Assembly: GCA_047495785.1 (NCBI GenBank)
Contig: JBLDXI010000110.1
Coordinates: 9,451 to 73,450 of the forward strand
Origin: Lepidodermella squamata
Taxonomy: Eukaryota; Animalia; Gastrotricha
Reading direction: 5' to 3'
DNA length: 64,000 bases
The position numbers and the translations under genes were made by a program. Positions 1-12,685 of the stretch are shown piece by piece (the first letter of the stretch is position 1; the number at the start of each line of letters is the position of its first letter). The notes under the pieces were generated by a model. That model saw only the letters and a program-made list of their open reading frames with translations. It searched no databases and was not told the origin of the DNA.

Positions 1-3000
1 GACACGGAATCTCCAATGAAATTTGTTAATTGTTTATTAATTCCGAGTAACATTTATAAATTTAGCCGGAGTAAAGTTTTTACTCAACTTGGAAAGCGCG
101 GCGTTATGCTCAAGGTCAGCATTACTGAGACTGTTGGAATACATCATTCGCTAGCATGTATCATCCGCTGGCGGGCATGTGTTTTCCTATAATACTTCAT
201 GCTGCTTCACGCTACTGCTACTGCATGCGGCTATGCCAAGCGGCATGTTAGTGTCCCAAAATTGCCGCGTATCTCACCTGCTGCATTCATGTTTGCCCAG
301 GGTGGCTGGAATGAGAAAGTATTCACCCTGTCACGCCTGTCCATCTGATTTTCTATCAACTTTAGCACACGAAGTACGCAGCCGGGGAAAAAAGTCGAAA
401 AATAACCAGTGCACGTTTTTATTATTTGAAGAAACAGAAGTATAATAAAAAAATTTCATCATCATCATCATTAATAATCATCAAATCTCGTTATGAAAAC
501 AGCGGCCGATTTTCGCGAAACATCGCAGCGGTCGTAACCAGCCGAGTGTGTCGTTATTTGCCTTTTACCAGTACAGCGGCGTTAGTTCCTCGGGTCATAT
601 CGGAAACATTGTCGAAAAACGAACCGAAAACAGAGATGAGCGCCTACTATTTCGTGTGCACGCAGCAGCGGTCAGCTTCCAGCAACAAGAAAACGGCGGC
701 TGAAAAATAAGAGAAATCACGTTTATGATGAAATGAAAATCAATTTTCAATTTGTTTCACGCAATTACTAATGGCACGATTATAAAAGCAGCCCCTTACA
801 CTGGTCAGGTAATAAATCAAAATCGGTATCAAAATAGCAGGCGAGCGTTATACAGTAAACATGAAGTAGAAAGGCACGCGCCGGACTGTACGTAAGGCAA
901 GACTTATTTCGACTGAAGAATAATTATATATTTCTTACTATCGTGCATCGTGCATACCAATAAATTTGCGCCAAGAATCAGGTATTTTGGCCGACGTGCT
1001 CCCTAATAATAATAATAATAATCATAATAATGACGTCGGCGTCTCCTTTTCTATTTTATCATCGCTCATTCGGTGATTTAGGTCACGAGCTCATAATTTT
1101 ATTTTCACTATTATTCCGTCAGTTGCACACCGAAATTTTTCTAAGCGCCGTTCCCACCCTGTTCAGCTGTCTGACTCATGGTAGCTGACCTGACCTCACC
1201 CGGTTATTATACCTCACTCTAATAATAGTTAAAGAAAAATCCCAATGCGAGGAAAAATAATTAAGGTGCATTTTTTACATCGGAATTTCGAACAAAAATT
1301 GCGCAAAATAAACGAGGAACAGAATTTTTTTCAAGTGCCTACCTTTTCGTCAGAGCTGACGATTCAGCGTCGTTGAGCTGAGTCGTTGTAGGGCTAGAAT
1401 GGCTCTTCATCCTCGAGGCTGTTAACATCGAGTCGAGTACCGTACTGCAGGCGGATAAGCGGCGTCGGTTATAACAGCACGCATCGGTATCGTCGACCGT
1501 TACACCGCCGACGCGCCCGCGACTTGTTCTTATCGGCCGCCTCCCTCTTGTGAGCGGACATTAGCAGCAGCGGCAATTTACGGCGAACAAAATTCGGAGA
1601 GGCGCTGAATTCTCGAAGCCCTGAGACTATCGAATCGGGTCGAATTTCTGCAAATTAATAAATTATTTTACAACAGCGCACATTTGAAGTATAACAAAAA
1701 CGAGACACAAATGAGGTTAATATTTAAAAAGTATTTCAAAGCAAGCACTACCGAGACACCGAGACATTGCTATCGATCAACTATCGATCGATCAAATAGA
1801 TTTCTACACCGCCAACTAAATTAAATTTGGCACCTGCGTTGAATGGCATCAAAACTGTGCTAACAGATACAGGCGGAAGTTGCCAAGCTCCCGGCCAAAA
1901 AGGCGGCCGGCTGAGAGATTTTCGGCCACATATAGCGTCTGAGCCGGAAAAAAATAATTGTGGCCAATAATTTTTAAATTTTTATCAAGCAATCCAACTT
2001 CGTTGAAATTTGCGATAGATATTAAAAAATCGGACCAGGTAATGCATGAGACCCGGCCGGCCGCAAAAATGATGTTAGCCGGCCACTTGCGGCCGAAAAA
2101 TTGGGCTTGCAAATCACTGCCGTACAAGGGTTATTTAAAAATTGACGTCAACGTATAATAGCGAAAAATTAAAAAAATTCACGATTTAATTCCAAATTTA
2201 AAAATTTAAAATCGCGCCTAAAATGTTTCGCCAGTATTTATTTCCCATCGGCGATTGACTGCTTGTTCTTATTATCGAAAAATCCATGGCCGGCCAACAG
2301 CTGAGCAGGTGTGGTCGAATAGAAATAAATACTAATATATCAACGGAGGCTTCGAACAATTTATGAATGCATGCAACCGGCAGCAAAAATATAAAAAAAA
2401 ACCGAAAAAGCGCAAAAGCGCAAAATCATTACTATCGAAAAAAATTAATTCTGACCGTAAAATCTACCTGAATAAAATGCAGTCGCATGTGTTGCCGGCA
2501 GTCGAGACAACGACGTGGGGGGCTCGATCGGCCGACTAACTTCATCCATAGAAAATTCTGAACAGGGCGCCGTTGTCGCCCAGCATCATGCCACTGATTT
2601 GCTTCCAAATAAGGACATATCAGCCTCGATTATCCAGCGCATCGGGAACTTCACTTCGATTTTAGCGTTTAGTCGTTGCGGTCAGATCACCGCCCAAAGC
2701 CGTGCTAATTTTGCCGAATTAGAATCAGAAATTCGTCGATTCAGTCGTTTCGCGAGGCGGAGGCGGGCAGTTTTATCCGGCTTTGTCGTCGACGGCAGCT
2801 GAAATGCTGTTTCCTCTGGTTTTTGGAAGACTTTGGAACTTTGGAAGTAGGCGAAACCAAGCGATGGGCCACTCGCCAGCCATCGCCACTCACGCAAATA
2901 AAAAATTAATTCTAGCAAAATAAATAAATTGAACAAATTAATTCGACGTGGAACACCAACATCGAGGAGTGAGCGTGTGCCAAATGCGGCGCAAGTATTT

Positions 3001-3102
3001 GGCACAAGCCGTTGAGAAGTGCAGTGCTTTACGTTCACTCATTCAAAGCAATAAAACAGCAACAGCAATAAAATGCGCGTAATAAAAATTGGCTGTGCGA
3101 GT

Positions 3103-3153
3103 GGGTCAAAGTCCACAGCGTTCAGTCCGACTGAACGCTGTGGACTTTGACCC
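3103..3153. repeat. Perfect 51-bp palindrome (25-bp arms, 1-nt spacer)
   Basis: GGGTCAAAGTCCACAGCGTTCAGTC-C-GACTGAACGCTGTGGACTTTGACCC read directly. Confidence 0.95.
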
Positions 3154-4483
3154 GTACGCGTCCGTTAAAAACTCGCTCACTTTGCGAGTAATCAAAAAGC
3201 GACGAATAATTATCGTTATTATGACCTGCGTAACGGAAATGTTGTGCGCTAAATGGGCGAGTGAAATAGAGCAGTGTTTCTCAAACTATTTTCGCTCCCA
3301 GCCAAAGATTGCGACCGGATGCACCTTTCTGGCCGCATTGTCGCCTGAACCCTCCGCTGGTGTAGTGTAAAACGGACGATTCGGCGATTGGCGATGTAGG
3401 CGATGCTGGCGATTTGAGAGAAAGGCCGTATTTGATGTTTTCGAACCGAGTTGACCCCTCAACCCTGGGCTATACTATTGGAAGAAATACGGTATATTAG
3501 CACCTCAAAAATGGCGAATGTATTGTATGTCAAATTTCTAAAAAATGACCATCCAAACAAAACATAATATTCCTAACCTAGAGCGAATCTAAAAAATCTA
3601 GGTCTAATTAATTCTTAATTTAACAATTTACCTTTGGCAACGTAATGTTTGAGTTGTAGAACAGGAGACTTGTAGCTCAGCGTCTTCTTACTTTCCATGC
3701 TGACGGGGTCGACTCGCGCCAGCACCGCATTTCGGCCGTCGTTGACTAGTTTCACGATGCGATACGGCCCGATATACCGCTTCGTCCAAACCTTGCCACC
3801 TTTTCTCCGAGGTTGCGATTGCGAGGGCTTCTGTCAGGTAAAATGGCTGCAGAACCATGCGATAGTTGGCAGCGGAATACCGGATGCGAAACATTCGTTG
3901 ATCGGTTAACAACAACCTGGACCACCGTTTTATTCGCAGATCGCTCGATTCTTGGCGGTACTATAATGAGAAACATAACGCGAAATTAATGAAAAATCCA
4001 CCTCAATGAATTCCAGATTTTGAATTTCTTTTGAATTTACCTGATTTTAGCGATTTTTTAATACGATTAAAAATATTTTTTTGAAACGAAGATATTAACA
4101 AAAAAACAAAAATCAGGTCAAACATTCGAAGTCAATAAAAAATACTGTAAAGCGGTACAATTTTGGACACTTGCTTCCACGCAAACTAACATATCGCGCC
4201 TGCGAATGGAAAATGCAATTTTAGTCCGGTTTTCGACGTATTTCGATCGGGGCCGTGCCAAGGATCATCCCCGTATTTTTAATTATTTTTTATTCGCAAG
4301 CGTAAGCTGTTTATTGTAAGGGGTACCCCAAAAGTACAATTTTGGACAGTAAGAAATTAGCAATAAAATTGATAATAAAAAATACACCTTAATATTGGCG
4401 TAACTATTTTTGAATCGAAAAATTCATTTCGTTCGTTGCGGATTTTTTTCATTCCGAAATTTTTCAAATACGCTATCTCTGCC

Positions 4484-4693
4484 ATGGTTCGGAAACAGAA
4501 GAAAAAGGTTAAGCAATACACTGATGAAGAGATGATCGATGCGATTACCTTGGTCAAATCGGGTGCACATCCTTTACGCGAAGTTTACAAAAAGGGTCGA
4601 AAATTGGGCATCTCGTTGGGAACGTTCAACAACCGAGTCCTCCAGCGGCACAGCGGTTCCATTGGCCACCCGACCGTCTTTTCTCCCGACTAG
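4484..4693 (+). pseudogene. Pipsqueak-type HTH (transposase N-terminus), ending at a premature TAG
   Basis: MVRKQKKKVKQYTDEEMIDAITLVKSG..LREVYKKGRKLGISLGTFNNRV..GHPTVFS fits HTH_psq plus the GRPTVF linker. The next frame has QDWAIPLTKEAMMEIG, resembling the CENP-B HTH 'WGFPLT' segment. Confidence 0.7.
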
Positions 4694-4746
4694 CTCGACT
4701 CGTTAGGGCCACTCAAGATTGGGCCATTCCGCTAACAAAGGAAGCG

Positions 4747-5331
4747 ATGATGGAAATCGGGTCTAAAATTGCTTCTATCGAGTTGGCGGATGACTGGTTT
4801 AACGTCACTCCCGAATTTCAAAAATATATCGATGCGGCGTATGTCATTGAAGATGTGCAATCTGACGGGAACTGCTTGTTCCGCGCCCTTAGTATCCTGC
4901 TTCTAGGAGCTCAAACTCAACATTCCGCTGTTCGAGCGGCAGTTGTGAAGTACATCAAGGAAAACGAAGATGTGCTCTTACCGTTAAACGACGAAGAAGG
5001 CGACATTTCCGTGGAGGGTTTCGTCACAGAAGTGGAGCGACTGGCCAAAGCGGGTGAATGGGCCGGCAACAGCGCCCTCGTTGCCTGTTGTGAGGCCTAT
5101 GATGTGAAAATCAGGGTGTTGCAACCAGACTTCTACCAGCCTGGGCGTATATTCGAGCCATCTGATCATTCGATCAGCCCTACAGAGCTGACTCTGGCCT
5201 ACGTGAACCGAAATCATTACTGGGCGCTGAAACGAAAAGCACCCGAACGACGACAGTTTTCTCCTGCCTCGATCGGTCCTATGTCCGATTTCAGCCAAAG
5301 CCGCTCAAATTGCCGCAGAAGTCGCTTGTAA
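4747..5331 (+). CDS. OTU-family cysteine protease (deubiquitinase-like) domain
   Basis: Cys loop VQSDGNCLFRALS, GEWAG motif, His loop LAYVNRNHY. Confidence 0.88.
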   Translation: MMEIGSKIASIELADDWFNVTPEFQKYIDAAYVIEDVQSDGNCLFRALSILLLGAQTQHSAVRAAVVKYIKENEDVLLPLNDEEGDISVEGFVTEVERLAKAGEWAGNSALVACCEAYDVKIRVLQPDFYQPGRIFEPSDHSISPTELTLAYVNRNHYWALKRKAPERRQFSPASIGPMSDFSQSRSNCRRSRL

Positions 5332-6239
5332 GAAAAAGCGAGTCGCAAAAGATTAAGCCAAAGTTCTTGCTATGCCTCATAACCAGCTATTTGGTGTTTG
5401 GACCATTCCTATTATTTTCGAGTTTCAACAATAAATTCTCCACCATGTGTATGAAAACCTATCGCTAAAAGTCCTTCTTTGAGAAATAAAAATCTTGTGT
5501 TATCATATATCAGATATCATCAGTTGCCGAAACTAAGTTGACAGCGAGAGGTGTGGGTGATTGAAGTTTAAGATAATCACAAGGTTAGATTTTCTATCAA
5601 AAACGTGAAAAAGTCCTCCTAAATGGGTGTCCAAAATTGTACCACTGTCCAAAATTGTACCAAAACGTGTCCAAAATTGTACCGCCTACCCTGCCTACTT
5701 TGCTCGCATGCCACGCAATAACCGCCTTATAGAAGCTCGCGAGCGTTTGGGAATTTCATCTTCTAGTCGAGATCTTCAACCCTGTCGCTTTTTACACACG
5801 TAGCTGCTATAGTAAAGGCGGGGCGACGTCTCAAAATTGCAATTTTCGCTGTTTTTTCCGGATTTTGTATAAAATCAACCATGATGGTTGCAGTCTCAAC
5901 AAAAAATTTGGTGGTAGCTATCAGTGCTGAGTATTTTTAGAAAAAATCCTAGGTCTGAATTCCTTATGGTTCTTGAGATAAAGCGTTGTGCGTGAATTTT
6001 TCAAATTTGTACCTGTATAAAATTGTACCATTTTACGGTAATTCAAAATTTAAATACCGTATTTTTTCGAATAAGGGCCGCAGCGACTATTTTCCTGATA
6101 TTTTGAAAACGGCCTAAAAACGCGGCGATTATTTGGGTGCGGTCTTTAATCGGATGCGGCCTTAATTTCATGGTTCAAAGTCCAGTCTTTTCAGTAAAAG
6201 TTTTGAGCAAATTAAGCTGAAGAATCATCATTCAACAAT

Positions 6240-7201
6240 AAAACCTGATCGTATCCTCCGAGTCGTCCTCAGCACACTCAACTTGGCGCCAAGCGGACTT
6301 TATAGGGTCGTCGCTGAATGCTCTAAAAGCAGATCATCTAGGGCCGGGCATCCAAGGATTGTAACCTAGACTGGTCAACGATCTCAGAACCGAATCCAGA
6401 GCGACGCCGAAAGGACTTGTTTAAGGCCCCGCCCTAGCATCACGAAACGGAGTGCTAGGGTTCGGGCTTAAGCGAACTCTGACCGAAATAAATAGATTCG
6501 ATACCGGCCCGTTTGCGAAGGTCATCGGTATTGTGCCACGGCGGAAGGCGCAGGGCAATTCTGAGAGCTTGGTTTTGTATCACGAGTTTGTTTTGAGGCG
6601 AGCCATTGATACCGACCCAAGCAAGGCTGCCGAATATTAGCACGCTTCTTATGCAGGCTTTGTAGACTGTTACGGCCGCTTCTTTGCTTAGGCCGAAACT
6701 TCTCCTACAGACGGCATGCAGTGCCACGAAACGCTGCGCCGCCTTTGCGATAGCCAAGTCGATTTGCTTTTTGAATAGCAGCTTCGAGTCAATTGTCACA
6801 CCCAGGTATTTCACCTCGTTGTGCCATTTCAACTCTGTGTCATCCAACTCAATAGCTGACTCGGGGGGGTTTGACGTGTTCGAAATTCGAATCGCTTGGC
6901 TCTTTCCGGCATTCGCTTTCAGCCGCCATTTCTTGAAGTAAGCCGAAACTTTCGACATGCCTTCGTTAAGGTTGGCGCGGGCGACCTCGCCTTTCTTGCT
7001 TTTTGAGATAAGTGCAATATCATCGGCGAAAAGGCAGTTAGACACCGATTTCGGCAGGTCCCGCGGTAGGTCGGCCGTATACAGAAAGTACAGTATCGGG
7101 CTCAGTGGTGAACCTTGCGGGACACCGCCGGTGATTTGCCGTACGCTACTATGGCCGTTGCCTACCCGGCAGCTGAATTCGCGGTCGGTGAGGAAGTCCG
7201 C
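6240..7201 (-). mobile_element. 5'-truncated non-LTR retrotransposon (RT C-terminal half)
   Basis: GVPQGSPLSPILY, LFADD, KYLGV, YKACIRSVL in ORF 6455-7339. Confidence 0.9.
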
Positions 7202-7650
7202 ACTCCATTTGATATTCGGATCCTTCGCCTGGTCCAGCACTTCATCGTCTTTGTACCAAACAATTTCAGGCGGCGGGTGCCGAGAAGCCGGGCATCGCAG
7301 TACAGCGGAATTATTGACAATAGCCGCCACATTTTTCACAACTGCGATTGAGTCGATAACAGGCGGGACTAGGACGTCGAGTTTGAACAGCTTAACCAGC
7401 CGACCAGCGGCGTTAGCGGCGACAGGCGTAAATCGCCGAATCAGATCGGGCGACTCGGCTGATTTTCAACCGGCGGCCGTCGCTTTCAATCCGGACTTTC
7501 GTTGTGTTAGTCGGCGGCGGCGGGACAGGCGCGACTAGGCTGGGCGCCGGGGTGAAGTCGTTGTTCCAAGCCAGGTCGTTTTTGAACCCGCTGATTTTCG
7601 GCGATGGGAAGCCCTCGGCGTCGCAGTTGAATTCCATCGTGTTATTCACG
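7196..7650 (-). pseudogene. Two tandem Ig I-set domain fragments (hemicentin-like), frameshifted
   Basis: FNCDAEGFPSPKISGFK..LKISRVARSDSAIYAC, then KLDVLVPPVI..AVLRCPASRHPPPEIVWYKD. Confidence 0.8.
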
Positions 7651-8217
7651 ATGATTTCGAAATTTCATCCGCGTTTTTGATCGAGGGTGGTACGTAAACT
7701 TCGAGGGCGATTTCTCGTGACACAGCTCCGACACTTCATTTTTTACCACCTCGAGCTGCCAGAGCATTCCCATATAAAAGTCATTTGGTGCTCTTGGAAC
7801 CGCAGTCCAATTCTCTGGGTTGCCTTGAGGTATTTTTCCATACAAGTTATCGCACAACTTTCCTAAAAAACGACCAGTTTTTAATCGAAATTTTCAACAT
7901 CTATCAAAATTATACCTCATTAATGATCTATTTAAGAGTCGAACAGTTCCTAGACAGTAGACAGTTTTACTTCAATTTTTTGAACGACATGAAGACATGA
8001 AAACATAAACCTTAAAATAACACGGTCTGTATCATTTCTTTTAAAAACCGGCCAGCCTATAAGAAGGATTGGCAAGTCAAGAAGCGTGCTACACCTAAGC
8101 GTGTCAGCAATATATCTTCGTCATTTCATAGGTCGGGCCGTGCAACCATAACCAAAATAATAAGAAAATACTGTAAATAATCACGACACGATCTATATTA
8201 TCTACGGCATAATCGGG

Positions 8218-8517
8218 TCAACGCCACGTTTCACGAACATTCTCATGACATTTCGGAGGCCGTATTTCAACGCAGGTCAGGTAACTCGGGTCAAACGGAG
8301 CTCCATTCTGCAGCAGAATTTTGATGATTTGCCGATTATCACGACGAAGGGCGTGCATCATTGGGCCCTCGTAGTGATGGTATGTCTCCGGATCGTCACA
8401 ATGATCAACGTAAGCTGGTTTTTCGACTTTAGTGCCTCGCAGCAGATCGGGATCTTGCTCAAAAACCGCTTTGACTTGCTCGATGTTCTTCTGGCAGATA
8501 CTTAGGCCCAAATTCAT
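8218..8517 (-). CDS. Exon with an ankyrin-like repeat
   Basis: GPMMHALRRDNRQIIKILLQNGA; preceded by a TTTTTTTAG acceptor. Confidence 0.5.
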   Translation of the reverse strand: MNLGLSICQKNIEQVKAVFEQDPDLLRGTKVEKPAYVDHCDDPETYHHYEGPMMHALRRDNRQIIKILLQNGAPFDPSYLTCVEIRPPKCHENVRETWR

Positions 8518-8666
8518 AACCTAAAAAAAATTAATAAAATTTACTCTCGGACGTGGGGGCGGGTGACTGATTCTTTTGGTTTGCCTCGTCTTCGCCCTCC
8601 TTAAAACCCGAAACGGTACACATACGCTCAGTCGCGGGAAACGTAAAAAACTTTCAATTTCAATTT

Positions 8667-9797
8667 TCAAATTTTAAAACTGAAACGCCAATAAATAAAA
8701 GGAACACAGTAGCTGAGAGTGAACAATTCCAAATGTCTGTCATTTCCTCTTACACCTTTTTGCCAAATAAATACATGATTACTTACAAGTTTGTTAGCTT
8801 TAAACAAGCTCGGAAAGACGGCACGGATTTCGAGACCAAGAAGCTCGGAATTCGACGCTAAATACCTTACGCCGGCAGGGTACTCGTCCACAATTACGCT
8901 TTGAATCGTATTGCAACCATCGTCTGCTGGTTGGAACTATAAAATGTGAATGAAACTTGAATGTAAGGTATGCGGCGAATAGTTAGCAACACCACCTCAA
9001 AAGTGTGGATGATCTGTAGCTCGGAATCGAGAAAAAGAACAGATCGATCAGTGCCCTCTGCCCATTTCACGAAAATTTGGATCGGAATCCGCAAGATGTC
9101 AAAAGCCTAAGAAAATTTCCTGAAATAAGTAGCTAATTCGACTCTAGCTTACCGGTATGCTACCAACTGGCAGTTTTAGAAGCCAGCAGCTACACCACCA
9201 ATTTTTCTCGAACGAAGTCGGGCATTTGGAGAAATTACATTCAGGTTCCATGATTTCCGAGATTGCAACCGGTACAGCTCTTAAAAATTCATCCAAGCCA
9301 ACTTTTGACTTCCGTCTAAGTTTATCATCAGCCTCAGGGTCGACTCTCCGAGGTGGAGCTGTATGGCCAGCCCGATAATTGGGCACGTATATCGGCACAT
9401 CGCGTATTAAAGGGTTTCTAGCCCGGAAAATTGTCTTGGTTTTCAGGTCGTACTGAAATCGATGAAGAGCTTCTTTATCACACAGAAATAGCCTGCATCT
9501 ATCGGCCGGAAATTCTCGTTGGATGAAACCATCCCAAAAGAAGTCACATTCAAGATATTCTTTCCACCTATATCAAACATATTAGCAAAGAATCGCCAAA
9601 TTATAAATTGCCTACTGTTTGCAAACGAGAGCGCAGCGTAGAAATAAGTCTCGATTTCTCAGGTAGAGGAAAATTTGCCTAGTCATCAGAGTCGGTAACG
9701 AGAATAACAGCTCGTTCGTGAGTTGGTCGCAATTTCGAGTTTCAGTCGGCGGAGCATCTTCGATTGGGTCAACATTTTTTCGTTTGCGAAGTGGCAT
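8667..9797 (-). CDS. Multi-exon F-box protein with a divergent FBA (FBXO2/6/44-type) domain
   Basis: F-box LFSLPTLMTRQIFLYL..LFLRCALVCKQ spliced in frame to WKEYLECDFFW. Later exons give TSFEKNWW..IQIFVKWAEGTD and DEYPAGVRYL. Predicted introns about 9568-9614, 9107-9151, 8939-8995. 3' end uncertain. Confidence 0.7.
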
Positions 9798-12301
9798 CAA
9801 ATATAATATCAATAACCTTCAACATAAAATGGCGAATATTGTTTCCAGCAATACATAGTAAGGCTTAAATAGTTTCCTAATTCCTGATGAGCTTCACAAA
9901 CATTATCTACAAGATGATTTTTGAACAAATGGCCAATTAATCTATCGGTTAGAAAAATAGAAAAATCAAAGAGTGAGAAATTCAGTTCAACTAACGTGAC
10001 GCAAACAAGCCAGTCGTGTGGGCCGAAATCGCCGGATTTTGTGAGGTTTCCTTGCCATTCCCAGCCACGGCACGTCTGCGACGAATTCGGAACTCAAGGT
10101 TCCATCTTGATGACCAATGAGCACCACAGCGTGATTAGCAGCATATCAACCCCTACTTAAAAACATAAAATGAAAATAACTTGAAATAAACAGACTGAAG
10201 AAAACTAGGGAAAATTGCAAAGGATCAACTTATGATTACAAGAAAACCTCTATTTTATTGCAGAATAATGGCTTATACTGAGTAACTCGAGAATCGGCGT
10301 GTAATACTGCTTGTTTGAAAGCACTACGACGTACAATTCGATTTTTCCTTGTTTTCCCGAATTTTTGGATAATTTTTGCAAAGGAAAAATAAGGGGGAGG
10401 GACATTCAGATTTGATGTGCCAAGCCAGTGATTCTCTAACTATTTTCGCTCCTGGTCAAAAATGGCGGCCGGCCACATTGCGGAAACCCAGGACTATTAC
10501 CCTCGAACGAGCCGTCCGACCGCACGCAAAGCAAGAGATAGGCGGACCTCTGCCGGTCGCCAAAGTGGGCCTCGCCGGCCGCGTGTGGCCGAAAAAACGA
10601 AAATGATGATGAGCATGTGCACAGTGGGCACAGTTCTGAAACCCCAAGTTTAAATCGGCACTAACTGATAACGGAATTTTGAATGAGCGGCGGATGATAA
10701 TATCGAAATGGGACTTTCAGCTATTACCGAACAGCCGGATTTAGCATTGAGCCGCAAGGTGGTGATCGCGATTCGCTGTTTCAGTCTCGCTGTTTTCTTC
10801 AAGAGCAGCGGGCATTTTTCTCAAGAAGTGCGCAATAACGGGTGCTTTTATGTAAGTCAGGCAACTATGAAAAAGACATTGAGATATTATCAGTATTTTC
10901 TTCAATCTTCAATATTTAATCTTCGCGATCAGCAGTGGCGAAATATCATTTCAATCAGAAATAATGTGTGTTATTATATGTAACAAATGTTTAGGCGCAT
11001 CACTACCGAAGTAAGATAGTTTTGTTAAGATCAACGTAGAAATAGTAAAAAATTGGAAAAATCAAGGTCCAAGCTTAGCACATCCTATAGCACATAGTCA
11101 ATAGTCAAAGGCACATAGTAGTCAAGCTTCGAATCAGGCGATGTTCTTCAAGATTCTAGAGACCCAATTTTTGCAGTCTATCTTCGTAGTTGAAACCGTT
11201 ATCAAGATAAACATTTTTCCAGAGTACAACAAACGCTTCGTCAATTCAACTTGCACATTTTCAATAAAGTCAATATCAGAGAGTGATAGAGGAGAATTCA
11301 GCTAAAGAGCTTGAAATCAGCTATTGAAGCAAGGACATTTTTAGAATTTTTCTATTAAAATGGGGCTTTATGGAAAAGCGTCGGGCTTGGGCCCCGCCGG
11401 CTACATGCGGCCGGAAAAAGCTGGGTTGAGGACCACAGTAAGAATCTCATCGCCGATTTTTTTAGTCAAATTTGACCGGCCCTTTGACAATCCTCATCAC
11501 AACGCATTTCTTGGAAAGCAGTTAGACCAGAGTTGTCCACTGGTCGAAAAATCGAGGCTTGACCCGGCCCGTCAATATATATCTCCAAACCCGGCAAAAT
11601 AAAAATATCACAACCCATTTATTCATTCCTGCTTATTTCTCATTGATCAACGACTTGAAAGGTACTTCAATTTAAAAAAAAAGTCGTCGTTAGCGCGGCA
11701 AAAATAATTTGTTATGCCTGCCAATATACTAAAAACCGCATTCACCAGGAATCAGAAGTCCTATCTCTACTCCCGTGGATTTTCTCGATTTTTTTTCCAC
11801 ACAGAAAAGGCTCAACTCCATGGCACGAATACGAATAGGGCACCAGAAGTGGTATATGCACCGCAAAAAATTATTCAATCACGACAAAAAAGTGTGATGA
11901 CTCGAACAAATTGCAAGCAAAAAATAATACTTTACGTTCACACCTTTTGATCATTAACACTCTATGAGATAGGAATTTTAGCCGCACAAACGCTAGCTTG
12001 AAGAGCAATACAGAGTACAGTCATCAATGGAATGAACTATTGTGTGAAATTTGGTATCGTCGGCAAAACATTAAGCAACAGAAGATGATGTAAAGCCTTC
12101 ACTCGAAGTTTCATTTTTCATCAATCATACTTCATCTCTAATTTCATAAGAGGAGTATACGCAAATTTTCGAAGAATACAATCCAATTTTGAGCGATGTC
12201 GAAGGCGCCTTAACCAAAATATAAGCATGAATACAAGAAACGATGAGTAATAATGTCACGCCATTTGAGAATCAACAATCAAGTAAAAAAGGTGAGCAGT
12301 G

Positions 12302-12685
12302 TTAAGGTAGCTGGGTCTCGTACCAACTTTTGAAGGCTTCGGTCTCCCTGATTTTTTTCAATGGCTTTATCAGATCGAGCATAATTTCCATATTCAGGGG
12401 TAAAGACAGCAATCTTTGAAAATTGGAGTAGAAATCAGAAAATAGAGTGTATTGGTATATCCTAGTTTTCTTAAGGCCGAACTTTTGTAAGCAAAATGGG
12501 TAAAAACCTTTAGCTGAATCAGGGAAAGTCCTTTTGATAGATTGCAGATGGCAGCCGACTTCGAAAGCTTGCTTTAGCTTGCTCGCTGCATACGTATGTT
12601 GTTGCTGAAGCACGATGAGCGTTTCGGCAACAAGAGCTTCGCGGCCAGACTCGACATCGCCGGACTCGGTTTCTGCGGCATCTCC
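12302..12685 (-). CDS. Terminal exon of an unknown protein with a DUF3102-like helical/HTH pattern
   Basis: TTTTAG acceptor, then open frame AFEVGCHLQSIK..GFYPFCLQKFGLKKTRIYQY. Confidence 0.4.
   Translation of the reverse strand, partial: GDAAETESGDVESGREALVAETLIVLQQQHTYAASKLKQAFEVGCHLQSIKRTFPDSAKGFYPFCLQKFGLKKTRIYQYTLFSDFYSNFQRLLSLPLNMEIMLDLIKPLKKIRETEAFKSWYETQLP

Larger units (their letters stand above)
4145..5685 (+). mobile_element. Non-autonomous pogo/Tc1-mariner-superfamily DNA transposon carrying HTH-psq and OTU coding sequence
   Basis: 19-bp perfect inverted repeat GCGGTACAATTTTGGACAC (4152-4170) / GTGTCCAAAATTGTACCGC (5667-5685). Core motif repeated at 4334-4348 and three times at 5627-5685. 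TA precedes the left end. An alternative right end AAAATTGTACCATTTTACGG-TA lies at about 6019-6040. Confidence 0.75.

Noticed and set aside
1860-2120. GGCCGG-rich hAT-like end (similar patches at about 10430-10600 and 11380-11600)
   Set aside because: Probably TE subterminal sequence, but no paired TIR or TSD could be defined.
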